Shown here: in pieces, positions 18,827 through 29,518 of the stretch | How the letters are laid out: each line of letters opens with the position of its first letter | Position numbering within the stretch: the stretch's first letter is position 1 | Assembly (NCBI GenBank): GCA_963814375.1 | Contig: CAWFCQ010000007.1 | Location: 128,001 to 192,000, forward strand | Length of the DNA stretch: 64,000 nt | Source of the DNA: an uncultured Chloroflexia bacterium | Lineage (GTDB): Bacteria; Chloroflexota; Limnocylindria; QHBO01 | Direction: 5' to 3' | The notes under the pieces: model-generated | What the model was told of the DNA's origin: nothing | What the model saw: the letters and a program-made list of their open reading frames with translations, nothing else | Databases searched by the model: none | Translations under genes and position numbers: made by a program

Positions 18827-19786
18827 ATGAGCCTGGTCGTTGACTCCATCACGAAGCGGTTCGGTGACGTCGTCGCCCTCGACGAGGCCAGCTTCACCGT
18901 GGAGCCCGGCCGTATATTCGGCCTCCTCGGCGCGAACGGAGCAGGCAAGACCACGAGCATGCGGATCGTCCTCGACATCCTCCGCGCCGATGCCGGAACC
19001 GTCACCTGGAAGGGGACCGAGAACATCGCCCTGCCCCGCCGTACGTGGGGCTATCTGCCCGAGGAGCGCGGCCTCTATCCGCGCATGAAGGTCGGTGAGC
19101 AGCTCCGGTTCTTTGCGGCCCTGTACGGCATCCCGGACGCGACGGCTCGCGACGAGATATCCGACTGGCTCGAGCGGTTCCGAATCCCCGACTATCTCGA
19201 TCGTCGAGTCGAGGAGCTGAGCAAGGGCAACCAGCAGAAGATCCAGTTCATCGCCGCGATCCTGCACGACCCCGAGGTGCTGATCATGGACGAGCCCTTC
19301 ACCGGCCTCGATCCGATCAACGTCCGCCTCCTCAAGGAGGCATTCCTCGAGATGAAGGAGCGTGGCAAGACGCTCATCTTCAGCACGCACCAGATGGAGA
19401 CAGTGGAGGAGCTGTGCGAGTCGATCGCCATCGTCGACCGCGGACGGGTCATCGTCAGCGGCTCGGTCCGCGACGTCAGGCGGGCGATGGGCCGCCAGGT
19501 CGTCCGCCTCGCCACCGACGGCGACGGCAACGGCGTCGAGTGGCTGGGCACACTGCCGGGCGTCCAGGTCACCGCCGAGCGCGAGGACTACGTGGAGCTC
19601 CACGTGCCCGCCGATCGCGATCCCGCCACGATCCTGCGCACCGCGGTCGATCGCGGCGACCGCGTCACGCTCTTCGAGATCGCCGATCCGAGCCTCGAGG
19701 AGATCTTCGTCGAGCACGTCGGCCGGCGCGCCGTCAGCGAGGAGGAAGAGCACCTCGCCACCACCGGACGCGAGGCGAAGCCATGA
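18827..19786 (+). CDS. ABC-2 ATP-binding protein (NatA/YhaQ-like)
   Basis: GANGAGKT, GYLPEERGLY, LSKGNQQK, MDEPFTGLD. Confidence 0.92.
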   Translation: MSLVVDSITKRFGDVVALDEASFTVEPGRIFGLLGANGAGKTTSMRIVLDILRADAGTVTWKGTENIALPRRTWGYLPEERGLYPRMKVGEQLRFFAALYGIPDATARDEISDWLERFRIPDYLDRRVEELSKGNQQKIQFIAAILHDPEVLIMDEPFTGLDPINVRLLKEAFLEMKERGKTLIFSTHQMETVEELCESIAIVDRGRVIVSGSVRDVRRAMGRQVVRLATDGDGNGVEWLGTLPGVQVTAEREDYVELHVPADRDPATILRTAVDRGDRVTLFEIADPSLEEIFVEHVGRRAVSEEEEHLATTGREAKP

Positions 19787-21087
19787 GCGACCTGTTCCCC
19801 AACGCGCTCCACGTCGCCAGGCGCGAGTACCTGTTCCGCGTACGTGGGAAGGCGTTCCTCATCACGACCGCGCTCCTCGCGCTCGTCGTGGTGGCGGCCA
19901 CGCTGCTGCCGACGTTCCTCGGCGCGCTCGGCGTCGCAGATCCGTCCGAGATCGCCGTGAGCGTCGAGGCGGATGACATCTCGACCGATGCGGTGGCATC
20001 GATCCAGGCACTGCTCATCGCGGCCAGCGATCCGGAGGGTGAGGGCGAGGTGGCAGCCGAGGACCGCCCGACGGTGACTCGGACCGATGACCCGGAGGCA
20101 GCCGCCGATGACGTGCGCGCGGGAGAGCTGGATGGGCTGCTCACCATCACCCGGCCCGATGAAGAGCTCGTCTTCGAGTACCTCAGCGACCAGGGCCCGA
20201 CGAGCCAGACGCGCGTCCTGGTCACGCAGGCGGCCAATGCCATCGCGATCGCCGATCGGCTCGATCGCGCCGGGGTCGCACCGGATGAGGCCGCCGCCAT
20301 CTTCGCTCCCCCGGACTTCACGGCGGTCGCGGTCGATCCCGATGCGCTCGAGGAGGAGGACTTCGCCGGGGCGCTGCTGCTGGCCTACATCGTCGTCATC
20401 CTCACCTTCATGGCGATCCTGACCTACGGCAATTGGGTCGCGCAGAGCGTGGCGGAGGAGAAGTCCGGCCGCGTCATGGAGCTGCTCATCACGGCCGCCA
20501 CCCCGCGGCAGCTGCTCACCGGCAAGGTCCTCGGGACCGGCGCCGCGGGCCTCACCCAGTACCTGGTCATGATCGTGGCCGTCGTCGGTGGGCTCATGAT
20601 CGCCGGCCCCGTCTCGTCGATGCTCGGGGTCGCGGGTCGGACGCCGTTCGAGCTGCCGACCCTCGAGCCCGGGTTCCTTCTGGCGTTCACCGGGTTCTTC
20701 CTGCTCGGCTTCCTGCTGTACTCGACGCTCTACGCGGCTGCGGGCTCGATGGTCAGCCGCATCGAGGACGTCCAGCAGGCCGTCGGACCGCTCATCTATC
20801 TGGCGTTGGCCGGCTACCTGATCTCCTTCGTCGGGCTCAACGACCCGGACGCCGAGTGGATCGCCATCGCCTCGCTCGTGCCATTCTTCAGCCCGTACCT
20901 CATGCCGGCCCGGATGCTGATGGGGAACCCGGCATCGTGGGAGGTGCTCGTCGCGATCGTTCTCCTGGTCGTCACCCTGGTCGGAGCGATCTGGCTGGCA
21001 TCGCGCATCTACAGCGCCGGCGTGCTCCTCTACGGCCAGCGCGTCGGCATCCGGTCGGTCCTGCGCGCGACGCGCGTGGCGCGCTGA
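19783..21087 (+). CDS. ABC-2 permease (NatB/YhaP-like)
   Basis: VARREY, VAEEKSGRVMELL, GKVLG, multiple TMs; ATGA overlap. Confidence 0.9.
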   Translation: MSDLFPNALHVARREYLFRVRGKAFLITTALLALVVVAATLLPTFLGALGVADPSEIAVSVEADDISTDAVASIQALLIAASDPEGEGEVAAEDRPTVTRTDDPEAAADDVRAGELDGLLTITRPDEELVFEYLSDQGPTSQTRVLVTQAANAIAIADRLDRAGVAPDEAAAIFAPPDFTAVAVDPDALEEEDFAGALLLAYIVVILTFMAILTYGNWVAQSVAEEKSGRVMELLITAATPRQLLTGKVLGTGAAGLTQYLVMIVAVVGGLMIAGPVSSMLGVAGRTPFELPTLEPGFLLAFTGFFLLGFLLYSTLYAAAGSMVSRIEDVQQAVGPLIYLALAGYLISFVGLNDPDAEWIAIASLVPFFSPYLMPARMLMGNPASWEVLVAIVLLVVTLVGAIWLASRIYSAGVLLYGQRVGIRSVLRATRVAR

Positions 21088-21117
21088 GCGGCTGGACGCG
21101 TCGGGTACCGTCGCTGC

Positions 21118-21669
21118 GTGCAGGACGCGCTGGAGATCGGTGATCGGCGGCTCGAGATCACCCTGGGCGACATCACCCACGAGGAGGTCGATGCGGTCGC
21201 CAACGCGGCGAACGAGGCGCTCCGCGGGGGTGGCGGCGTCGACGGTGCGATTCACCGCGCGGCGGGTCCTGGCCTCCTTGACGAGCTGACGCGCCGATAC
21301 CCGGACGGCACCCCGACGGGCACGGCGGTGGCGACCGACGCCCACGAGCTCCCGGCGCGGTGGGTGCTCCACGCGGTCGGCCCGGTCTGGCGTGGCGGCG
21401 ATCACGGCGAGCCGGAGCTGCTGGCCGGCGCGTACCGGTCCTGCATGCGACTCGCGAACGAGCTCGGCGCTCGCAGCGTCGCGTTCCCGGCGATCAGCAT
21501 GGGCATCTACGGCTACCCGCCGCCGGAAGGCGCTGCCCTGGCCGTGCGGACCGTCGCCGACGAGCTTGGGGGCGAGACGAGCGTCGAGGTGGCGCGGTTC
21601 GTCCTCTTCAGCGAGGAGACCTACGAGCTCTTCGCCGATGCGATCGGCGCGCCTCGAGCAGGCGACTAG
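21118..21669 (+). CDS. Macro-domain O-acetyl-ADP-ribose deacetylase (YmdB-like)
   Basis: GDIT, NAAN, GGGGVDGAIHRAAG, HAVGP, FPAISMGIYGYP. Confidence 0.93.
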   Translation: MQDALEIGDRRLEITLGDITHEEVDAVANAANEALRGGGGVDGAIHRAAGPGLLDELTRRYPDGTPTGTAVATDAHELPARWVLHAVGPVWRGGDHGEPELLAGAYRSCMRLANELGARSVAFPAISMGIYGYPPPEGAALAVRTVADELGGETSVEVARFVLFSEETYELFADAIGAPRAGD

Positions 21670-22811
21670 TCGAGCGATGCCGGCGCCGCGGAGCGCATCC
21701 CGACGCCGGCGGTGCGCGCTCCGAGGCTGAAGCGGGCATCCGGCGGCGCCAGTGCGGCAGCTCCGGCCGCGTCGCCGGTGACGAGCGCCGCGAGGTACTC
21801 CCCCACCACCGGGCCGTGCTTGAACCCGTGGCCCGAGCCACCCCCGACGATCCACGCCCCGGGCATCGCGGGGTGGCGATCGATGACGAAGTGGGTGTCC
21901 ATCGTCAGCTCGTACTGGCAGACCCGGCCCTCGACGACGGGCTGATCGGCGAGGTCCGGGAACCGGCGACGGAGGTACTCGCGCGTGGCCTCGACCCGCT
22001 CGTCGCTCAAGCGACGGTCCTGCTGGTCGGGATCCACCACCGGCCCGGGCCAGTCGGGCGCGACCTTGAAGCCGCGGCCCTCGATCGAGGGCAGCCCGTA
22101 GAAGGCGGCCTCGTACTCGACCCACGTCGGATGACGGCCGGCGTCGAAGTCGGTGACGCCCGGGGGAGTCGCGAAGTAGATCACCTCCTGCCGGGGAACC
22201 ATCAGCTCCAGGCCGGGCACGGGGCCGAGCAGCTTCGGGAGCCACGGACCTGCCGCGAGGACGAAGGCATCGGCCTCGACGGGCGAGCCATCAACCGATA
22301 CTCGCTCCCCATCCAGCCTGGCAACGCCGATGCGGATCTCGCCGCCGTCCTCGGCGAACGCCCGCGCCGCGGATGCCACACCGCGTCGAGCCATGAGCAC
22401 CCCCGCCTCCGGCTCAAACAGGCCCCAGGCCAGCCCGTCGGTCCTCAGGCGCGGCCACCGCTCGCGCATCTGATCGGGATCGAGTCGTTCCGCGGGGATG
22501 CCGAGCGCGTCGAGCGATGCCCCCGAGTCGGCCTCGAAGCCGCCGGATGAGCCGGCCAGCCACAGCACGCCGGTCTCGACAAAGAGCGCCGGGTCGAGCG
22601 CTCGCCAGTGGTCGAGGCCACGGCGCTGCCAGCTCGGGTAGTGCCGGTCGAGGCCATGCGCCGAGCGTGACACGCGCGACTCGTCACCGGAGCTCGAGAG
22701 GGAGTTGCCCGCCCCGTACTGATCCACGAGCGTCACCGATGCGCCGCGGCGACGAAGCCATAGCGCCGTCCAGGTTCCGAAGACGCCGGCGCCGATGACG
22801 ACGATGTGCAT
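21666..22811 (-). CDS. FAD-dependent oxidoreductase (sarcosine oxidase/SolA-like)
   Basis: VVIGAGVFG, SSSGDESR, CQY, FVIDRHP, SGHGFK. Confidence 0.88.
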   Translation of the reverse strand: MHIVVIGAGVFGTWTALWLRRRGASVTLVDQYGAGNSLSSSGDESRVSRSAHGLDRHYPSWQRRGLDHWRALDPALFVETGVLWLAGSSGGFEADSGASLDALGIPAERLDPDQMRERWPRLRTDGLAWGLFEPEAGVLMARRGVASAARAFAEDGGEIRIGVARLDGERVSVDGSPVEADAFVLAAGPWLPKLLGPVPGLELMVPRQEVIYFATPPGVTDFDAGRHPTWVEYEAAFYGLPSIEGRGFKVAPDWPGPVVDPDQQDRRLSDERVEATREYLRRRFPDLADQPVVEGRVCQYELTMDTHFVIDRHPAMPGAWIVGGGSGHGFKHGPVVGEYLAALVTGDAAGAAALAPPDARFSLGARTAGVGMRSAAPASLD

Positions 22812-22845
22812 GGTGGCGAAGCGTAGCGCGCTACGATTCGCGGTG
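22812..22845. promoter_or_regulatory. Dyad-symmetric bidirectional leaderless promoter
   Basis: Palindrome CGTAGCGCGCTACG (22822-22835) gives TACGAT (+) and TACGCT (-), each 8 nt from an ATG. Confidence 0.65.
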
Positions 22846-23790
22846 ATGGAGGGCACACCATCCACGGCGGTCATCAGCACCCGCGGGCTCACGAAGCACT
22901 ACGGGCAGATTCGCGCGCTCTCCGACCTCGACCTCGAGGTCTACCAGGGCGAGATCTTCGGCTTCCTCGGGCCGAACGGCGCCGGGAAGTCGACCGCCAT
23001 CCGAACTCTCCTCGGCTTCCTCCAGCCGACACGCGGAGGGGCGCGGGTGCTGGGGCTGGACATCGTCAACGACTCGGTCGAGATCCGGCGTCTGACCGGC
23101 TATCTGCCGGGCGGGATCGCCCTGTACGACAGCCTCACCGGCGACGAGGTGCTCGACTACCTGGTTGAGATTCAGGGGCGCCCGCCCCATCGGCGCGCCG
23201 AGCTGTGCGAGCGGCTCGAGCTGCCCGGCGCGGTGCTGCGACGCAAGGTGCGTGACTACTCGCGCGGGATGCGGCAGAAGATCGGGGTGGTGCAGGCGCT
23301 CCAGCACGATCCCGAGCTGGCGATCCTGGACGAGCCGACCGAGGGCCTCGATCCGCTCATGCAGCAGGCCTTCTACCGGCTGCTCGACGACCTTCGCAAC
23401 GAGGGACGCACCGTCTTCTTCTCGTCCCACGTCCTCTCCGAGGTGGAGCGCCTCTGCGACCGGGTCGGGATCATCCGCGCCGGCCATCTCATGGCGGTCC
23501 ACGACGTCGACGACCTGCTCGCCCGACGCCGGCGTCGCGTGACGCTGCGCTGGCGCGGCGCGGCGCCGGACCCGGAGTCCCTTCCCGGGCTCGAGGACGT
23601 GCAGGTCGACGGAAGCCGGATCATCGGCACGCTGACCGGCGAGGTATCGATGTTCGTGCGCTCGATCGCCTCGCCGAATCTCGACGACCTGACGATCGAG
23701 CCGGCCAGCCTGGAGGAGGCCTTCCTCGAGTATTACGCCTCCGACGACACCGACTCGGCCGATGCGGAGCCGGAGGCGGAGACGACATGA
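22846..23790 (+). CDS. ABC-2 ATP-binding protein
   Basis: GPNGAGKS, YSRGMRQK, LDEPTEGLD, SSH. Confidence 0.93.
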   Translation: MEGTPSTAVISTRGLTKHYGQIRALSDLDLEVYQGEIFGFLGPNGAGKSTAIRTLLGFLQPTRGGARVLGLDIVNDSVEIRRLTGYLPGGIALYDSLTGDEVLDYLVEIQGRPPHRRAELCERLELPGAVLRRKVRDYSRGMRQKIGVVQALQHDPELAILDEPTEGLDPLMQQAFYRLLDDLRNEGRTVFFSSHVLSEVERLCDRVGIIRAGHLMAVHDVDDLLARRRRRVTLRWRGAAPDPESLPGLEDVQVDGSRIIGTLTGEVSMFVRSIASPNLDDLTIEPASLEEAFLEYYASDDTDSADAEPEAETT

Positions 23791-24590
23791 ACGGTCGCCT
23801 CTTCCGCCAGACGCTGCGCTGGCAGCGCGTCCGCCTCGCGATCGTGGTCGTGGCCGGCATCGCCTGGGGCGCGCTGATCCCGGTGATCTACGACGCATTC
23901 AGCGACGTCTTCCAGGAGATGGCGAACTCGGGCGTGCTGCCCGAGGAGCTGATGAACTTCGGATCCGGGTCGCTCTTCACGCTGCCCGGCTCGATGACGC
24001 TCGGCTTCCAGCATCCGCTGGCGATCGCGATGATCGGCATCTTCGCGGTCGGCGCGTCGGCTACCGCCGTGGCCGGCGAGCGGGCGCGCGGCACGCTCGA
24101 GGTGCTCCTGGCGCGTCCGATCTCGCGCACGACCCTCTACATCAGCATCCTCCTGGCGCTGCTGGTTGCCGTGCTCATCGTGCTGGTCGCGATCGTCAGC
24201 GGCATGGTCGGGAGCGCCTCGTTCATCGGCGTCTCCGACGAGATCGACATGAGCCAGCTGCCGCTCGTCGTCCTCAACGGCTTCGGCCTGTGGGCCGCCT
24301 TCACCACCTTCGGCCTGGCGATGTCGGTGACCTTCGATCGGCCGGGCCCGGCCATCGGCCTCTCGCTGGCGTTTCTGCTGATCAACTACTTCCTGGAGAT
24401 CCTCGGCTCACTGTGGACCGATGCGGCCTGGACGCAGGAGTACTCGCTGCTCCACCACTTCCAGCCGGGAGAGATCCTGACCGGCGAGCTCGACCCGATC
24501 GACCTGATCATCGTCTTCGTCGCCGCCGTGATCCCGATCATCTACGCGCTGCTCGTCTTCCCGCGACGCGACCTGGCGGCGCCGGCCTAG
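23787..24590 (+). CDS. ABC-2 permease
   Basis: VAGERARGTLEVLLARPISR, C-terminal FPRRDL. Confidence 0.88.
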   Translation: MNGRLFRQTLRWQRVRLAIVVVAGIAWGALIPVIYDAFSDVFQEMANSGVLPEELMNFGSGSLFTLPGSMTLGFQHPLAIAMIGIFAVGASATAVAGERARGTLEVLLARPISRTTLYISILLALLVAVLIVLVAIVSGMVGSASFIGVSDEIDMSQLPLVVLNGFGLWAAFTTFGLAMSVTFDRPGPAIGLSLAFLLINYFLEILGSLWTDAAWTQEYSLLHHFQPGEILTGELDPIDLIIVFVAAVIPIIYALLVFPRRDLAAPA

Positions 24591-27227
24591 TCCTCGAGCG
24601 CGTACGCCACCGCCGCGTCGACCGTCATCGCCTCGCCCTCGGCCACTGCGGCGGCGAGCTCGGGGCCCACGAAGATCTCCTGTGGGTCGAAACCGAGCAT
24701 CCCGCGGTTCCACAGGCTGATCCCGGTACCGCTGACTCGCTCCAGCTGCGTCACAGCTCCGAACAGCCGGGCAGAGCGCGGCAGATCGCCAGTGCGGTAG
24801 GCAGCCGCAGACAGCGCGTCGAGCACGAGCGTGTAGCCACTGACGTCCTGAGCTTCGGAGAAGATGCGAAGGGCGGCGTGCAGGTGACGACGCGCCTCGG
24901 CAACGTTGGCTCCTGGCTGGAGGTCGCCGAGCAGGGCGATCGCCATCGTGAACACCGCCCACCCGAGCATGAACTCATCCCCGATGCGCTCAAAGACCTC
25001 GCGAGCGTTCGCCGCGTGCTCGAACGCATCGGCCATGTGGTTGGAGCTGTAGTCCAGGTTGGCGAGGGCCCACTCACACCGGCCGATGCCACCCTCGTCG
25101 TCGAGCTCGGTGTAGATGGCGAGGGCCTGATCGATCGCCTCGCGCGACCGTCGGCGGTCGTCCTCTGGAGGGTCTTCCACGATTGCCCACGTGAAGGAGA
25201 TGCCATAGAGGGCGCCCGCCTCGCCGGCTCGGTCGCCGAGGGCGCGGCGAATTTCGACCTCCTGGAGGTACCAGCCCCGCGAAGTCTCGGAGTCCGCCAG
25301 CCAATAGGCGACACCGGCGGCCGCGTCCAGGGCATCGGCCAAGAGCTCCGGATGGTCCCCGCTCCCTGGCAAGCCGATGGCCGTCTCGAGCCTCTCGCGG
25401 CCCTCGACCAGGTAGCCGCGCATCTGCCAGAAGCGCCACAGGCGCGATGTCAGTCGAAGCGCCGCGGCCGCATCGTTCGTCTCGACGGCCCAGGAGATAG
25501 CCGCGCGCATGTTGTCGTGCTCCTCCTCGAGCCGATCGAGCCAATGGCGCTTGTCGGCACCCATCACCGCCGGCCCGGCGGACTCTGCCAGGTCCATGAA
25601 GGCGGCCCCATGGGCCGCTCGAAGCGCGTCTCGGCGGCCGCGAAGCGTCCGCCTGCTCGACCGCGAACTCGCGGATCGTCTCGAGCATCACGAACCGCGG
25701 CTCGCCGTCCACACTCTCGACCTGCCGCAGGAGGCTCTTCTCGACCAACGAGGCGAGCGCATCGATGACGTCGCCGCTGACATCCTCGGCACAGACTCGC
25801 TCGACGGCCTCGAGCCCCGCTCCCCCTGCGAAGACGGAGAGCCCCGCAAACAGCGCGCGATCGGGCTCGTCCAGCATGTCGTGGCTCCATGCGATCGCCG
25901 CGCGCAGGGTCTGCTGCCGCTCGGGAAGGTCGCGCGCGCCACCGGCGAGCAACCCGAGCCGGTCGGTCAGGCGGCCGAGCATCGCCTGGGGTGTGAGGAT
26001 GCGGATACGTGCCGCCGCCAGCTCGATCGCCAGCGGCAGCCCGTCGAGTCGCACGCAGATCTCGGCAACCGCCGGGGCATTCTCGTTGGTGACCTCGAAC
26101 GACGGCTTCACCGCCCTCGCACGCTCGATGAAGAGCGCGACCGACTCGTACTGTGAGAGCTGAGAGAGCGGTGGCAGGTGTGCCGGGTCGGGCATGGCGA
26201 GCGGCGGAACGAGGTACTCCTGCTCACCCGCGACGCGCAGCACGATGCGGCTGCTGACGAGCACCGTCAGCTTCGGGCATGCGTCGAGCAGCGCTCCGAT
26301 CGCCGGGGCGGCGGCCACCACCTGTTCGAGATTGTCGAGAACGAGCAGCACGGCACGGTCGCCGATATGGTCGATGAGGCGGTCCATCGGGTCTCGCCCG
26401 CCTCGGTCGGGGAGGTTGAGGGTCTGCGCCACGGTCGGCAGCACCAGCTCCGGATCGGTGATCGCGGACAGCTCGACGAAGAAGACCCCACCGGCGTAGT
26501 GACGGAGCGCGCGGCCGGCAACCTCAAGGCTGAGTCGCGTCTTGCCCGTGCCTCCGGGCCCGGTCAGCGTGAGCAGCCGGTTATCGCGAAGCAGCTCGCT
26601 GACCTCGGCGATTTCGCGGTGACGTCCGAGGAAGCTGGTAAGCCGGGTCGGCAGATTGTTCGGAGTGGCGTCGAGCGAGCTCAGAGTGGGAAAGTCGTTC
26701 TGCACGCCGGGGATGACGAGCTGCCAGAGATGCTCGGGATGCTCGAGGTCCTTCAGCCGATGCTCGCCGAGGTCGCGCAGATCGACACCATCCGGCAACG
26801 ACTCGCCCAGCAGCGCCCGCGTCGCCGACGAGATCAGGACCTGCCCGCCATGGCCGACGCCCGCGATGCGGCTGGCCCGATGGACGTGGAGGCCGACGTA
26901 GGTCTTCGCCGAGAGGCTCGCCTCCCCGGTATGGAGACCGATCCGGACGCGGATTTCGCCGCGCTCCGGCCACGGCTCGGCGGCCAGCGCGCGCTGCGCC
27001 CGCACGGCTGCCGCCACGGCGCCGGGCGCGGTCGGGAAGGTCACGAAGAAGGAGTCGCCCTCGGTGCCGACCTCCACGCCGTCGCTGGCCGCGAAGGCCT
27101 CGCGGAGCAGCTGCTGGTGACGCTGGAGCAGGGAGGGCCAGCCGTCTCCCTGCGCGCGGAGCAGGCGGGTAGAGCCCTCGATGTCGCTGAAGAAGAAGGT
27201 GACGGTGCCGGTCAGGAGCTCGGGCAT
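24587..27227 (-). pseudogene. Class III nucleotidyl cyclase-STAND ATPase-TPR protein with one frameshift near 25643 (probably a sequence error)
   Basis: FSDIEGST, EGDSF, RIGLHTGE, GPGGTGKT, LVLDNLEQ, LDGLPLAIELAA. Removing one A at 25643-25644 joins ...EQADA to RGRRDALRAAHGAAFMDLAE... Confidence 0.85.
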
Positions 27228-27265
27228 TCGGTCCGATGAGTGTATCGCTCGGCTAGGCTTCGCCG

Positions 27266-28192
27266 GTGCGATCACTCGTCCGCGGGCTGCGCCGCCGTCC
27301 CGTCCTGACCGCGGTCCTCGGCGCGCTGACGATCGCCTTCTCCGCCATCTTCGTCCGCCTCGCCGACGTCTCGCCCGGCACGGCGGCCGTCTTCCGCTGC
27401 CTCTACGCGCTCCCCCCGCTGGCGATCCTGGCGTGGTACGAGCACCGCCGATACGGACCGCGCGCCGCCGGACAGGCGCGCCTCGCCTGGATCGCCGGCA
27501 TCTTCTTCGCCGTCGACCTCGTGGCGTGGCACTTCGCGATCCGGGAGGTGGGGGCCGGCCTGGCGACCGTGCTCGGCAACACCCAGGTCGTCATCGTGCC
27601 CATCGCCGCCTGGCTCCTGCTCGGTGAGAAGCCCGGCGCGCGCGTCGCCGCGTCGGTGCCACTGGTTCTCATCGGCGTCGTGCTCATCTCCGGCGTCCTG
27701 GGGGGTGGCGAGGCGTACGGTCGGAACCCGGTGCTCGGCGTGGCCTTCGGCCTCCTCACCGGGCTCGCCTACGCCGGCTTTCTCCTCGTCCAGCGGCGAG
27801 CGAACGCGGACACGCGCCGGCCCGCAGGGCCGCTCTTCGACGCCACGCTGTCGGCGGCCATCGTCTCTCTCGTGCTGGGCGTGCCATTCGGCGGCGTCGA
27901 TCTCGTCCCGAGCTGGCCGGCCCACGGCTGGCTGATCCTCCTGGCGCTCAGCGTCCAGGTGCTTGGCTGGCTGCTCATCAGCATCAGCCTGCCCCGCCTC
28001 CCCTCGGCGGTGACGTCGGTGGTCCTCACCATCCAGCCGGTGGGCGCGGTCCTCCTCGGGATCTGGCTGCTGGGGGAGGCGCCCTCTTCGTTCCAGCTGA
28101 TGGGCGTCCTCTTCATCATCGGCGGGCTTCTGCTGACGACCCTTCGCATCCGCCCGCGACGCGTGCGCCGGGCGCAGCCCGAGGTCGGCTAG
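27266..28192 (+). CDS. DMT/EamA family transporter
   Basis: About 10 TMs in two EamA repeats (LLGEKP, LLGEAP). Confidence 0.9.
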   Translation: MRSLVRGLRRRPVLTAVLGALTIAFSAIFVRLADVSPGTAAVFRCLYALPPLAILAWYEHRRYGPRAAGQARLAWIAGIFFAVDLVAWHFAIREVGAGLATVLGNTQVVIVPIAAWLLLGEKPGARVAASVPLVLIGVVLISGVLGGGEAYGRNPVLGVAFGLLTGLAYAGFLLVQRRANADTRRPAGPLFDATLSAAIVSLVLGVPFGGVDLVPSWPAHGWLILLALSVQVLGWLLISISLPRLPSAVTSVVLTIQPVGAVLLGIWLLGEAPSSFQLMGVLFIIGGLLLTTLRIRPRRVRRAQPEVG

Positions 28193-29518
28193 CCGCTGCT
28201 GGCCGGGAGCGTGACGATGAAGCAGGTGCGCCCACGGCTCGGACTCGACCTCGATCCGACCACCGTGCTGGGCCACCACGTTGTGCGAGATGTGGAGGCC
28301 CAGGCCGGTGCCCTTGCCGGGCTCCTTGGTCGTGTAGAACGGCTCGAAGAGGCGCTTTCGCACCTCATCCGGAATGCCGGAGCCCGTGTCGCAGACCCAG
28401 ACCCGGACCCCGATCCCGCCCGGCTCAGGCTCGGGCGCGGCGCCGATCGTCAGGGTGCCGCGGCCGTCCATCGCGTCGACGGCGTTGTCGACGAGGTTCG
28501 TCCATACCTGGTTGAGCTCCGACCCATGGGCCTCGATCTCGGGGAGGTCGTCCGCGAGCTCGGTGCGAACGTCGATGTCGCGCAGCCGATGCCGCATGAT
28601 GACGAGGGTCTGCTCGATCCCGGTGCGAACGTCGATGCGCTGAACGGGCGCCTGGTCGAGGTAGGCGTAGCCCTTGACGGCGGCGACGATGTCCCGGATG
28701 CGGGTGAGCGCCATCTCCAGCTCCCCGAGCAGCTGCCGGACCGATGCGTCGGCCGCCAGCCACGGGATGACGTCGGCCGGCACCTCGGCCAGCGACTCCG
28801 GGGTCCAGCCGACCTCGACCAGCGCGCTGGCGGCATCGTCGTCGGTGATGAACGCCCCGAGCGCGGCGATGCGATCCGCTCGATCGAGCGCCGATCGCGG
28901 AGGCGGCGTCCCCTCCGGCGGCCTCGGCGGCGGGCTCGGCCGCGGGAGGGACTCGGCGGAGGTGACCGCGCTCTGGAGCGACGCGACCGAGCGCATCGCG
29001 GCCGCCGCGGGGTTGTTCAGCTCATGGGCCAGGCCCGCGGCCAGCGTACCCAGCCCGGCGAGCTTCTCCCGCTCCCGCAGCGTCGACTCCATCGTGCGGA
29101 GCCGACCGACGGCGGTTCGGATGACGGCCAGCGCCACGTCCGGTCCGGCGTCGAGCAGCTCCCGAATCGTCTCGACCGGGATGCGGAGCGCCTCGGCCTC
29201 CGTCAGGGCGCGCACCGACGCGAGGCGGCGGCCGCCCTCGAGCGCCGCGATCTCGCCCTGGAGCGACCCGGGGCCGACGCGGGCGAGCGGGATCTCGCTC
29301 GTGCCGGTCCGCTTGGTGACCTCGAGCTCGCCGTCGAGGACGACGTACAGGGCGTCGGCCACGTCGCCCTCCGTGATCAGGACGTCGTCCGGCGCCAGGT
29401 CGACGATCTCGCCGCGCTCGACCAGGCGGGCCAGCTGTGCATCGTCGAGACCGCCGAAGAGCGGGGTATCGCGCAGCCGTTCCGCGATCGCATCGGCCGG
29501 GAGATGCGCGTGGCTCAC
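28189..29518 (-). CDS. cNMP-binding-domain sensor histidine kinase (last ~14 codons frameshifted at 28234)
   Basis: GEIAALEGGRRLASV, AHELNNP, NQVWTNLVDNA, DTGSGI, FYTTK, GTGLGL. Deleting A28234 gives SEPGRTCFIVTLPASSG*. Confidence 0.88.

Noticed and set aside
21640-21669. RAGD at the macro-domain C-terminus as an arrest motif
   Set aside because: Lacks the required Pro, and the next gene is convergent, so there is no downstream RBS to control
27272-28188. 748-aa kinase with a long C-terminal extension antisense to the DMT gene
   Set aside because: The extension results from the single extra base at 28234; the corrected frame stops at 28189
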